Assembly (NCBI GenBank): GCA_025999155.1
Contig: AP026679.1
Coordinates: forward strand, 400,699-464,698
Source of the DNA: Candidatus Dojkabacteria bacterium
GTDB taxonomy: Bacteria > Patescibacteriota > Dojkabacteria > JAOAGR01
Direction of reading: 5' to 3'
DNA: 64,000 bases
Shown here: positions 29,707-38,878 of the stretch, piece after piece
Layout: each line of letters opens with the position of its first letter
Numbering within the stretch: position 1 is the first letter of the stretch
Position numbers and translations under genes: made by a program
The notes under the pieces: generated by a model
Told to the model about the DNA's origin: nothing
The model's input: only the letters and a program-made list of their open reading frames with translations
Database searches by the model: none

Positions 29707-29826
29707 ATGAGTGAAGATAATGGATTATTAAAAGGAGTATGGTGTTGTTGCTCTTGTGGATGTGTCTTACTTGTGTTGGTAGCTCTCATGCTGTTGTGTT
29801 CTCTTCTTAATCTAATCTTTGCTTGA
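29707..29826 (+). CDS. Small Cys-rich single-TM peptide (39 aa, not in the ORF track)
   Basis: Manual translation MSEDNGLLKGVWCCCSCGCVLLVLVALMLLCSLLNLIFA*. Confidence 0.5.
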   Translation: MSEDNGLLKGVWCCCSCGCVLLVLVALMLLCSLLNLIFA

Positions 29827-29930
29827 TTGATTCAAGGTTTAATTACAGTTTTATGATCGTAAAAATCTAACATATTAAAAGTTTAAATCTATTTGATAAT
29901 AATTGTTTTAGTATTTGTCTAGAATTATTC

Positions 29931-30176
29931 ATGGATAATACCAATCAAAAACCTAACAATATTTCTTCGCTATCAATGCAGTCATATCAAGCTGGTGGAT
30001 TAGAGCCAAGCACCGTATTACTCAACCCTACAACAGCGACAAAGCTTACGGATACAACCGAATCTAAATTTAAAAAATTTATAGTTATTGCAGCAGCTTT
30101 AATTGTAGAATTAATCGTTCCAATGTTATGTGTTTTACTTGCATGTGCGGTATCTATACTGTATAGACTAATTTAA
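29931..30176 (+). CDS. Small membrane protein, possibly a truncated relative of the downstream surface proteins
   Basis: Polar N-terminus plus a Cys-containing TM helix. Confidence 0.55.
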   Translation: MDNTNQKPNNISSLSMQSYQAGGLEPSTVLLNPTTATKLTDTTESKFKKFIVIAAALIVELIVPMLCVLLACAVSILYRLI

Positions 30177-30356
30177 AATGTATTTTTATCAAAAATTAAA
30201 TGTCTCAATCTTATTCATTCTTTGTTTATACGAATCTTAAAACATGCAAGAAGATGAGAATATATTTCTTTTAGTACAGATGATTCTACATTTTAAATAA
30301 ATACACATTTACAGTGTTCAACTAAAATCAATATTAGGTTAAACTTTATCGTATCT

Positions 30357-31238
30357 ATGTCTCATGATTCACACAATACACAAAACAATGCAGGCATCAA
30401 TAGTCTGCACATAAACTCCACACAAAATAGTCAATACCATCCAACAAATGTACACACTGTATCAATAGGAAATACAGTATATTCCCAACAGGCACATCCA
30501 TCGACATATCAAGGTCCCCAGAATCCTCAAGTAGCCCAAATGCCTCAGTCAACTCCACAAATGCCAGGAACTACTAATTCTCCTAATTATGTCTACAATC
30601 CTGCTTATGTGATAAGACAAGCCGAAAACAATGATTCAAAAGTACTTATAAAAATATTTGCTATTACATGCGGTATAATATTGATAATATGTTTATGTTC
30701 TGTGGTTTGTTTTGTTATTTATGCCCTATCTCTCGAGACACCGAGCACAGTAGGATCAACTAATACATCAATTACACAAACTACACCTACACCAAAATCT
30801 ACAAATCAGGCGGGTTCAGTGTCTGTCACTCCTACACCAAAAAGCCAACCTCCAGTGCAATCAACATATAAAGTCGGGGAAAAAATACTAATAGATGACT
30901 TAGAAATCACTGTCGAAGAAGTAAAAGATGACGTAATAGCAAAATTCCCAGTAGAAGGGAAAAAATATATAGCAGTCTTCATATATGCCAAAAATAATGG
31001 CACAAAATCTGTGAGTGTAAACTCAAGCGATTTCAAATTAAAGACATCGGACAATACTCAATACAGCCCATCTGTTGTAGAAAAGACAGAGCCAAATTTT
31101 GGTTACGCTAGTATAGATCCTAATACCGCAGTCAGAGGATGGGTAACTTATGAAATACCACAAGAAGCTAAGGGACTGTCGTTGATTTACACCTCAAATA
31201 AAGGATCTACAAAAATTACGGTTGATTTGGGATTATGA
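30357..31238 (+). CDS. Membrane-anchored DUF4352-like (Ig-like) surface protein, copy 1
   Basis: Q/P-rich N-terminus, Cys-rich TM, S/T/P linker, YKVGE...DFKLK...RGWVTYEIP domain. Confidence 0.8.
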   Translation: MSHDSHNTQNNAGINSLHINSTQNSQYHPTNVHTVSIGNTVYSQQAHPSTYQGPQNPQVAQMPQSTPQMPGTTNSPNYVYNPAYVIRQAENNDSKVLIKIFAITCGIILIICLCSVVCFVIYALSLETPSTVGSTNTSITQTTPTPKSTNQAGSVSVTPTPKSQPPVQSTYKVGEKILIDDLEITVEEVKDDVIAKFPVEGKKYIAVFIYAKNNGTKSVSVNSSDFKLKTSDNTQYSPSVVEKTEPNFGYASIDPNTAVRGWVTYEIPQEAKGLSLIYTSNKGSTKITVDLGL

Positions 31239-31368
31239 GATTGATTGAAAGGGTGTATAGGCATTTTATCGACAATTACATACCATTATTATCACATGCG
31301 ATGATGAGTATTAACTGTTCTTCGACCGTCATTATAAACTCAATACTGAGTTGAACTTTATCATATCT

Positions 31369-32220
31369 ATGTCTCAGGATTCACAGAATAAAAAAACTGA
31401 AATCGGCATCGGCAGTGAAAACATAAACACTGAACAAAATAAACAGGATGAAATATACTTCGTTGAGAAAAAGTTAGAAGATATGTTCAGAGACAATACT
31501 GCATCATCTGAGCATGCCAGTCAGACAACATCTCGACCACCTGATTATCTCGTCAATATTGCAAATGAGACAAAACAGCCTGAAATAGGTATTTTTTCCT
31601 TTTTTAAAAGCATATTTAATGGGATAATGTGGATCCTCAAACACAGATTATTAGATATCTTTTTAAAGATGTCTATTTTTGTTCTTCTGACTTTCTTGTA
31701 TCTTAGTGTAAAGAGCATGAACAACTCAAAGAATGATTCTACCACGTCCACATCAACATCATCATCGACATCAACACCAACGCCCCAGGGAAGCTATCTC
31801 TATATTACTCCTACACCGACAAACCGACCTCCAGTGCAATCAACATATAAAGTTGGGGAAAAAGTAATTGTAAATGACTTAGAAATCACTGTAGAAAAAG
31901 TAAAAGATGTAGTAGCCAAATACCCTACAGAAGGCAAGAAATATATAGCAGTATTACTGTACATAAAAAATAATAAAACAAAATCTGTCAGCATAAGCGA
32001 GCGATATGATTTCATATTAAAAGCATCGGATGATAGTCAATATAGTCCATCCATCGTAGAAAAAACAGATCCGGCCTTAGGTTTTGCAACTGTTTTTCCG
32101 GACAATGCAGTGAGAGGATGGATCACTTATGAAATACCAAAAGAAGCTAAAGGTCTATCGTTGGTTTTTGATTCGTCAATTACTGGAGGGAGTTTAATCA
32201 AAGTAGAACTAGGATTGTGA
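31369..32220 (+). CDS. Membrane-anchored DUF4352-like surface protein, copy 2
   Basis: Paralog of 30357-31238; start at ATG 31369 set by alignment of the upstream DNA (MSQDSQN vs MSHDSHN). Confidence 0.8.
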   Translation: MSQDSQNKKTEIGIGSENINTEQNKQDEIYFVEKKLEDMFRDNTASSEHASQTTSRPPDYLVNIANETKQPEIGIFSFFKSIFNGIMWILKHRLLDIFLKMSIFVLLTFLYLSVKSMNNSKNDSTTSTSTSSSTSTPTPQGSYLYITPTPTNRPPVQSTYKVGEKVIVNDLEITVEKVKDVVAKYPTEGKKYIAVLLYIKNNKTKSVSISERYDFILKASDDSQYSPSIVEKTDPALGFATVFPDNAVRGWITYEIPKEAKGLSLVFDSSITGGSLIKVELGL

Positions 32221-32452
32221 GATTGATCGAGAGAGTGTAGGCGGGAGTAGAATATTGTTGATCTCTAAGTTCAATATTCTTTATTATTTGTCTTATTAAT
32301 CAATTCTAGGAATATTACCAATATAAGTTTACCGTATTTTTTATTCATATTTGAAGCTAGCAGCATCTTGTAACCTTAATGAATAAAATTCGACAATTTA
32401 ATTTTTTTATAGTAAAATTCTATAAACATTATATATTTAATCGATTAACATC

Positions 32453-32830
32453 ATGCCTAAAATTAGAAACGTAGGGACAAAAACAATTGAAAGAGATGGG
32501 AAGACAGTTGGCAGAGTTGATTATTATGAATCAGCAGGTCAAGAAGGCACATGTATTTGTAATTTATACGTAGAAGAAGCTTATCGACGTCAGGGAATAG
32601 GGTCTGCACTTGTGGAAGAAGTACTAAGAGATTCAAAAACACAACCACCTTTTTTTGCTTATATACGAGCGAATAGAAGGGGAGTACTTAATCAAGGATC
32701 TTACCAGCTTTTCCTAAAATTAGGTTTTAAGCCAATAAATAAACTTGGCCTACAGATAGGCGATGATGGAGAGAGGTATAAGGTAATGGAAGAGACACAA
32801 AGCTATAAAATATCGAAAATAATTCTATAA
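32453..32830 (+). CDS. GNAT family acetyltransferase
   Basis: LYVEEAYRRQGIGSAL (motif A) and LFLKLGF. Confidence 0.85.
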   Translation: MPKIRNVGTKTIERDGKTVGRVDYYESAGQEGTCICNLYVEEAYRRQGIGSALVEEVLRDSKTQPPFFAYIRANRRGVLNQGSYQLFLKLGFKPINKLGLQIGDDGERYKVMEETQSYKISKIIL

Positions 32831-32859
32831 ATCAAAACTTCTTTCTTAAACAAGCAAAA

Positions 32860-35418
32860 TCAGCACTCCCCCCACACCCTATCAATTACTTTTTTGATTT
32901 TTTCTTCGTAGGTTTTGATCATTTCTCGAAGGCTGTCTATCACCCTCCGCTCGGCTTCGATTTTTTCGACAATACACTGCTGGATGTCAAGTGGCGGAAG
33001 GGGGATTTGATATTCCTGTATAAAAAAAGCTGGTACTCTCTGTAATCCACCTGTACCTGTCATCATTTTAGCCCCTTCTTTTATGAATCTATTAGACGAA
33101 ATATACGGATAAATGTATTCAGAAACAATTTTTTCTTTAATTGGTCTTAAAACATGAAGTTCACTTGAACCAAAGCCTATTCCATTTTTTAAATTACGTG
33201 CAATTCCGGACTTACCATTTTCAAAACAAGGAGTAACTTTGGCAACTAAAACGTCGTTTTCTTTGAAATTTGTATAACCTTTGTATACTTCTGAAAGTTT
33301 TTTTTCTTTTTTAGGTATAATATCCTGTACTGTACCAATATCTTCCATAGGTAAAAATGAAACGGTTATGTCGTCATTAAGGTTGGCAACCTCAGATTTT
33401 TTTGGATTTATCTCACACACCTCCCCCAACCTCACCATGGGCCAGCCGTTGGCTAATTCTTCTTTTTTTTCGGGATGTTGGGCAAGGTAGTTTTTTAATT
33501 CTTCTTCGAGATAGGTTTCTATATCAGGCTTCCAGGCATCTATCACCTGCCTGCAGCCGTCGATAAGCTTCTGATAGCCTTCTATCTCTGCCACTATCTC
33601 CTGCTGCACTTCAAGGGGTGGGAGGGGGATTTGAATTTCAATAAAATCTGATGTTGGTATAGTTCTTCTGCGGTTGGCTGTCCCTATCATTTTTGACTTA
33701 TAAATTTTTCGTGCTTGTTTAGAACGAAATATTATTTCCAAATAAGGGATGTAACTATCAGTTTCTTTTTTTAACTTCCAAATGTTGTATGCAGGACTTA
33801 CAGCTGCAACTTCATATTTTGTTTGAAAACCAAGGACACCTTCATCAATAGGAAAGCCAACCACTAATTCATTTTTAAAAACTTTTTTATAGTTCTGAGT
33901 GTTTTTGCTTGCTATACGTTTTTTAAACTTTTCTTCTTGATCGATCAGCCCTTTGTACATAGTAATAGACATAATTGGCAAATTCTCATTGCCAGCTCTG
34001 TCCTTTCCAGATAATTCTATAACTTCCCCCAGCTTCACCATCGGCCATTTTTGGTGTTTGCGTTTTTCTACCACTCTATATCTATCGCCGGTGAGGTTGT
34101 ATTCGCCGTTTTCGGCAAGTGTTGATTTTTTGACGAGTAGGGGACTACATGGCTTATTTTCTAGCGTGAATTCGTCTACTTTATTCTTTCTAACAGCATT
34201 TTTATACTCCAAAATGACTTGTAAAGCATCAGGTAAATCATTCTTATCGATAGGACGGCGTTGTGCTCCTAAATCATAACCATCATTCTCAACCTTGATA
34301 AATAATATGCTGTCAGTTTTCCTCGCCAAATCCTTATCTATCAATAAAATCGAAGTCTTGACCCCCGAATAAGGCAAAAAAACCCCAGCCGGTAACGAAA
34401 CTACCGCATATAGATTAGCATCCTCTACTAATCTTTTTCTAAGTTGCTTGTATGCTTTAGCACTTTGGAAAATAATCCCTTCCGGTACTACTATTCCTGC
34501 CCTGCCATTGTAAATGCTCAAATGATCAATTATATAATCAACAAACAAAACCTCTGCTCGTTTTGACTGAATAGAAAAACGACTATGTGGCATTATGCCC
34601 CCTTTAGGAGTCATAAATGGTGGATTAGCCAAAATAACGTTAAAATTATCATCCCATCTGTCAGTACTACTCAGAGTGTCATACTCGTATATGTGAGGTT
34701 CACGAATATCATGCAAAAACATGTTCACAAGCGATATTCTCACCATATCAGGCGAAATATCATAACCAACAAGATTATCAGTCAATCTATCCCTTTCCGA
34801 AGGACTAAGAGGAGTATCCTTATTTTGATCCAAAATATATTTATACGCAGAAATCAAAAAACCAGCAGTACCACAAGCAGGATCGCAGATCTTATCGTTT
34901 TTAGTTGGTTCTACAGCATGTACTATAAAATCAATAATATGCCTCGGCGTACGAAATTGCCCAGCTCCACCTTGTGCAGCCATCACCGACAAAAGGTATT
35001 CATAAGCATCTCCCAGGTCTTCACTATGCTCGTATTCGAATTCATCAATGACCTTTAGGAATAAATTCAAAGTCTCAGGACTATTAAATGACAAAAAAGC
35101 ACCTCTAAAAATATCCCTAAAAATTTGTTCAATATTGGGATTTAATGACATTTTCTCCAGGGCTTCCTTGTATAATTTCAGCCTGTTTTCACCTCCTAGA
35201 CCCGGATCCATAAGCTTACTCCATGCATATTTCTCGTACTCCCCACGAAAAAACGTCCTTTGACCACCCATTGCCTCAGACTTGCTGTCCATATAATCCA
35301 TAAATTTATAAATCAAAGCTAGCGTGATCTGCTCCACTTGGGCCTTTGGATCAGGTATTTTGCCTACTAGAATATCACGGGCAGTATCTATTCTTCGTTT
35401 TGTCTCTGCATTTAACAT
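32860..35418 (-). CDS. Fused Type I methyltransferase and specificity subunit (HsdM-HsdS)
   Basis: GQFRTP, DPACGTAGFL, NPPF, then two TRDs flanked by WPMV(K/R)LGEV and IPLPPL...Q. Confidence 0.93.
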   Translation of the reverse strand: MLNAETKRRIDTARDILVGKIPDPKAQVEQITLALIYKFMDYMDSKSEAMGGQRTFFRGEYEKYAWSKLMDPGLGGENRLKLYKEALEKMSLNPNIEQIFRDIFRGAFLSFNSPETLNLFLKVIDEFEYEHSEDLGDAYEYLLSVMAAQGGAGQFRTPRHIIDFIVHAVEPTKNDKICDPACGTAGFLISAYKYILDQNKDTPLSPSERDRLTDNLVGYDISPDMVRISLVNMFLHDIREPHIYEYDTLSSTDRWDDNFNVILANPPFMTPKGGIMPHSRFSIQSKRAEVLFVDYIIDHLSIYNGRAGIVVPEGIIFQSAKAYKQLRKRLVEDANLYAVVSLPAGVFLPYSGVKTSILLIDKDLARKTDSILFIKVENDGYDLGAQRRPIDKNDLPDALQVILEYKNAVRKNKVDEFTLENKPCSPLLVKKSTLAENGEYNLTGDRYRVVEKRKHQKWPMVKLGEVIELSGKDRAGNENLPIMSITMYKGLIDQEEKFKKRIASKNTQNYKKVFKNELVVGFPIDEGVLGFQTKYEVAAVSPAYNIWKLKKETDSYIPYLEIIFRSKQARKIYKSKMIGTANRRRTIPTSDFIEIQIPLPPLEVQQEIVAEIEGYQKLIDGCRQVIDAWKPDIETYLEEELKNYLAQHPEKKEELANGWPMVRLGEVCEINPKKSEVANLNDDITVSFLPMEDIGTVQDIIPKKEKKLSEVYKGYTNFKENDVLVAKVTPCFENGKSGIARNLKNGIGFGSSELHVLRPIKEKIVSEYIYPYISSNRFIKEGAKMMTGTGGLQRVPAFFIQEYQIPLPPLDIQQCIVEKIEAERRVIDSLREMIKTYEEKIKKVIDRVWGEC

Positions 35419-35430
35419 AGATTCATAAAT

Positions 35431-37911
35431 CTACACAAAAGCATTCAGATCAATATTTTTACGGATAAAATCAACAACCAAGTCCAAAATTGTTTGTAGA
35501 TTTTCGATATCTTCAAGAGATAATTTAGGATTGGTACAAAGCCTGGAATACTGCTTACTATCGATAATATCACGAATATCTCCATCAGTAACATATATCT
35601 CAATAAAATCCCTCAATAGTTTCCTATCGACATCAGGATTATGAGCATTTAAAAATTTAGTAAAAACCTCGTCTATCAAATCATCCTTTGTCTTAATCTT
35701 AGGAATACGACCGAGAATATAGCCAATTATTTCCTTCACCGAAACCTTTCTATTCACATCTAAAGCCTTAGCTAATTTATCCAAATTAAAGTAATATTCT
35801 GGTTTATTAAATAAATTCTGATCTACATACTCTTCTAACTTATCATACTCCTGATCCTCATAAAGCCTATTGATAATAGGATCAATCTTCACATCATCAG
35901 CAAATCTATCAAAAAACTTCCTATCTATCTTCATACCTTCGGCACCAATATGCGTTTTGGTAATAGTTTTGATTGGATCAGGAATAGATATGGTTACCTC
36001 ATCGATACTTATAGATTTAGTCTCGTCCGGTGAGTCTATCCTCTCACTTGATATCGGTAATTTCAAAACCCGATCATAATCAAATTTCTCCTCAAAATAC
36101 TCACAATTAGCAAAGAAATCAAAAAGATAAAATTCTTTCTTGTCTATCTTGATTTCTTGGCCATTTTCATCGGTATAGGAAAAAGTATGTGTACGCGTAC
36201 CACGCCCTTTGATCTGAATAAAATCAGTAGGTGAAAAAATCGGCCTCATCAGACAAATATTCAAAATATCCTGACAATCATATCCCGTCGTCATCATATT
36301 GACTGTCACACATACGCGTGTCTTGCTTGATTTGTAGCCTTCTTTGAATTTTGTCACACCATTGAGATTATTATTAGCAAATTTCTGTGCATAGCTTTGT
36401 GCATCATGAATATTCGATGTTACTTGTACCGCAAAATCAGAATTATACATTCCTGGCCAATATTGATCAGCTAAGTGATTGAGAATAGCTGTAATCTTTG
36501 ATGCATGATTTTGACTCACACAAAATACCAGAGTCTTGCCAATTTCCCCGCTTATCGGATCTCTCAAAGCATTATCCAAAAAAGCCTTACAAAAAGCGTT
36601 ATTTGTCTCTCTTGAGAAAAATCTTTTCTCAAAATCCTTTGAAAAAAAGACTTTTTCACTTTCATCTCCTTCCTCAGTACGTACTACCGTAGCATAGCCC
36701 TGATCAGAGAGTAATTGTGTAGTGATATGAGTTCTAGCATCATATACGACTGGATTGATTAGGTAGCCATCTTTGACTCCATCTATCAAACTATAGCGAA
36801 ATGTAGGTTCGCCCGATGGACATCCAAATGTATTATAAGTATCCAATAATTGACGACGTTCAAAAGCCCTAGGATCTTCTTGACTTAATTTCTCAATGTC
36901 TACATTCCTTAGATAATCTCTAGGTGTAGCAGTAAGTCCTAACTTATACCCAATGAAATATTCAAATACATCACGACTATTGCCCGAAATCGATCTATGC
37001 GCCTCATCCGAAATCACTAATTGAAAATCATGGGGAAGAAATAATCTACGATACCTATTATCCTTCAATAAACTCTGAACCGTAGTGACCACAATATCAG
37101 CGCTATTCCAAACATCACGATTCTCTTTATAAATCACTACCCTGAAATCTTTTTTGAGTAATTGAACAAAACTTTGATATGCCTGATTTTCTAATTCTAT
37201 CCTGTCCACTAAAAAAAGTACCCTTATGGCATTTCTAGTTTTTAAAAATAGTTTAATGATAGCCGCAGATAATAGAGTCTTACCTGTACCCGTCGCCATC
37301 TCCAATAAAAACCTTGTCTTACCTTCTTTTACAGCTTGTTGGATAGCATGGATAGCCTTGAGTTGGTAATGTCTGAGAAATTTTAGTTGATTATCTTTGA
37401 TAAATTTTTGCCTTGTAGATTCATCTAGCCACTCAGGATGACTCTTATAATCACTTATCTGAGTCAAGACTACAAAATCACTTTCGACTTTTTCACTAGC
37501 TAAGGCATCAAAATCAAATTTGTACTCTTTGACTCCTTCTATTGATTTTAAAGAAGGAAATTTCTCGATCTGTACAGGATTACCATGGTTCAAATCCCAG
37601 AAATAATGAGTTTCACCATTGGACAAAATTACATAATTTACACCCATGGCCCATGCATATTCACGGGCTTGTTCTTTAGCATCCAAAGGATCTTTATGAG
37701 CAGCCTTCGCCTCAATAACTATGATTGGAGATTGATTATCATCAAGAAGTACATAATCTATAAACCGTACTCCTGATCCATCTCCAGTATTTATATGTAC
37801 TGTAACTTCAGTTCTGACATTTGCTCTCTTGCCATTGGTATTTTCTAGCATCCAACCGGCCTCTTCCAGTAATTTGTTGATTTTCAACCTGGCATCAGAT
37901 TCTTTTGGCAT
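35431..37911 (-). CDS. hsdR: Type I restriction subunit R, EcoEI-like
   Basis: IDYVL...IEAK nuclease motif, MATGTGKT, DEAHRS, GLTATP, MMTTGYD, QIKGRGTR. Confidence 0.92.
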   Translation of the reverse strand: MPKESDARLKINKLLEEAGWMLENTNGKRANVRTEVTVHINTGDGSGVRFIDYVLLDDNQSPIIVIEAKAAHKDPLDAKEQAREYAWAMGVNYVILSNGETHYFWDLNHGNPVQIEKFPSLKSIEGVKEYKFDFDALASEKVESDFVVLTQISDYKSHPEWLDESTRQKFIKDNQLKFLRHYQLKAIHAIQQAVKEGKTRFLLEMATGTGKTLLSAAIIKLFLKTRNAIRVLFLVDRIELENQAYQSFVQLLKKDFRVVIYKENRDVWNSADIVVTTVQSLLKDNRYRRLFLPHDFQLVISDEAHRSISGNSRDVFEYFIGYKLGLTATPRDYLRNVDIEKLSQEDPRAFERRQLLDTYNTFGCPSGEPTFRYSLIDGVKDGYLINPVVYDARTHITTQLLSDQGYATVVRTEEGDESEKVFFSKDFEKRFFSRETNNAFCKAFLDNALRDPISGEIGKTLVFCVSQNHASKITAILNHLADQYWPGMYNSDFAVQVTSNIHDAQSYAQKFANNNLNGVTKFKEGYKSSKTRVCVTVNMMTTGYDCQDILNICLMRPIFSPTDFIQIKGRGTRTHTFSYTDENGQEIKIDKKEFYLFDFFANCEYFEEKFDYDRVLKLPISSERIDSPDETKSISIDEVTISIPDPIKTITKTHIGAEGMKIDRKFFDRFADDVKIDPIINRLYEDQEYDKLEEYVDQNLFNKPEYYFNLDKLAKALDVNRKVSVKEIIGYILGRIPKIKTKDDLIDEVFTKFLNAHNPDVDRKLLRDFIEIYVTDGDIRDIIDSKQYSRLCTNPKLSLEDIENLQTILDLVVDFIRKNIDLNAFV

Positions 37912-38003
37912 TATTTTCTACACAGACTAAATAAAAATGTAAATCTCTCGATAATTATAATATTTATTCATTAGTTTTTGTTGAAAAGCTTTTATTCATG
38001 AGT

Positions 38004-38035
38004 AATAAAAAATAGGGAAGTACAGAGACTTCCCT
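38004..38035 (-). terminator. Intrinsic terminator after hsp20
   Basis: AGGGAAGT/ACTTCCCT stem with a T tract on the minus strand. Confidence 0.75.
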
Positions 38036-38063
38036 TGATTATAGATTAGCTTATACTTGGCTA

Positions 38064-38537
38064 TTATTCGGATTTGATAGTTATTTGCTTTGGCTTATTC
38101 TGGGCAACCTTTGGTAGTTTCAATTCTAAAACACCGTTTTTCATCTTAGCTTCAATCTTTTCTACGTCTACATCTCCCGGCAATGTAAATGTCTGCTCAA
38201 AATAAGTCTCTAATCTATTCAAATAATATTGTCTGCCTTCTTCAGACTTTTCTTCCTCTTTCTTACCGCCTTTGATTCTGACTACATTGCCCTCGACTTG
38301 TACATCTACATTATCTTTATCAACTCCAGGTAATGCCATTTTGATGAAATAATTTTCATCTTCTTCCCAGACATCAGCCATCGCCATATTGTAATTAAAA
38401 CTAGGCATCAGTGATCTATTAAATACATCATCAAACCATGACTGCATGGATAATAATTCATCCAACATATTCCTTAGAGGTGAATATGCTGGGTTTGTTA
38501 ATGATCTTTTATTATTGTTTATTCTCATTATTCTCAT
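38064..38537 (-). CDS. Small heat-shock protein (Hsp20/alpha-crystallin family)
   Basis: ADVWEE, LPGVDKDNVDV, FTLPGDVDVEKIEAKMKNGVLELKLPK; start moved to 38537 because AAGGAGG lies just upstream. Confidence 0.93.
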   Translation of the reverse strand: MRIMRINNNKRSLTNPAYSPLRNMLDELLSMQSWFDDVFNRSLMPSFNYNMAMADVWEEDENYFIKMALPGVDKDNVDVQVEGNVVRIKGGKKEEEKSEEGRQYYLNRLETYFEQTFTLPGDVDVEKIEAKMKNGVLELKLPKVAQNKPKQITIKSE

Positions 38538-38762
38538 AGTTCCCTCCTTTTTAAATAAAGATAAAATTTTTATAAATAAACCAAAAACTAATTTAAATAC
38601 ACTAAAAATATTAATATAAAGGCCAGATGGCCATGCTGGATAGTAATCCAGCATACTAGATCATTTATGCAATGATCTATTCAGTTATTTACTTTTAGAG
38701 ATATTTGTGTGCTAGATGAATCCTAAAACCTTCAACATTTTTCGTATTAGGATCATCGTGCA

Positions 38763-38816
38763 TTAGCAGTCTAACACTATGCCTGCTAATTGTCAATACC
38801 CTCTACCATCTGCTAA
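38763..38816 (-). promoter_or_regulatory. Sigma70-type promoter overlapped by CIRCE (HrcA) operators
   Basis: Minus strand TTGACA(38796-38791)-17nt-TAGACT(38773-38768); TTAGCAGGC-N9-GACTGCTAA at 38789-38763; a second, weaker TTAGCAGAT-N9-TATTGACAA directly upstream. Confidence 0.85.
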
Positions 38817-38878
38817 TTATTTTAATTGATAGTCCAGATTTAATTAGAAGTTTATGAAAATTTTGTGTATGCTTAAAC

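Noticed and set aside
29516-38000. Integrative element inserted at tRNA-Pro
   Set aside because: Accessory genes follow the tRNA, but I found no integrase or duplicated tRNA 3' end
38538-38654. Upstream extensions in the ORF track for hsp20 (38654), dnaN (43834) and fur (52442)
   Set aside because: Family alignments and promoter or SD positions support later starts (38537, 43921, 52565)
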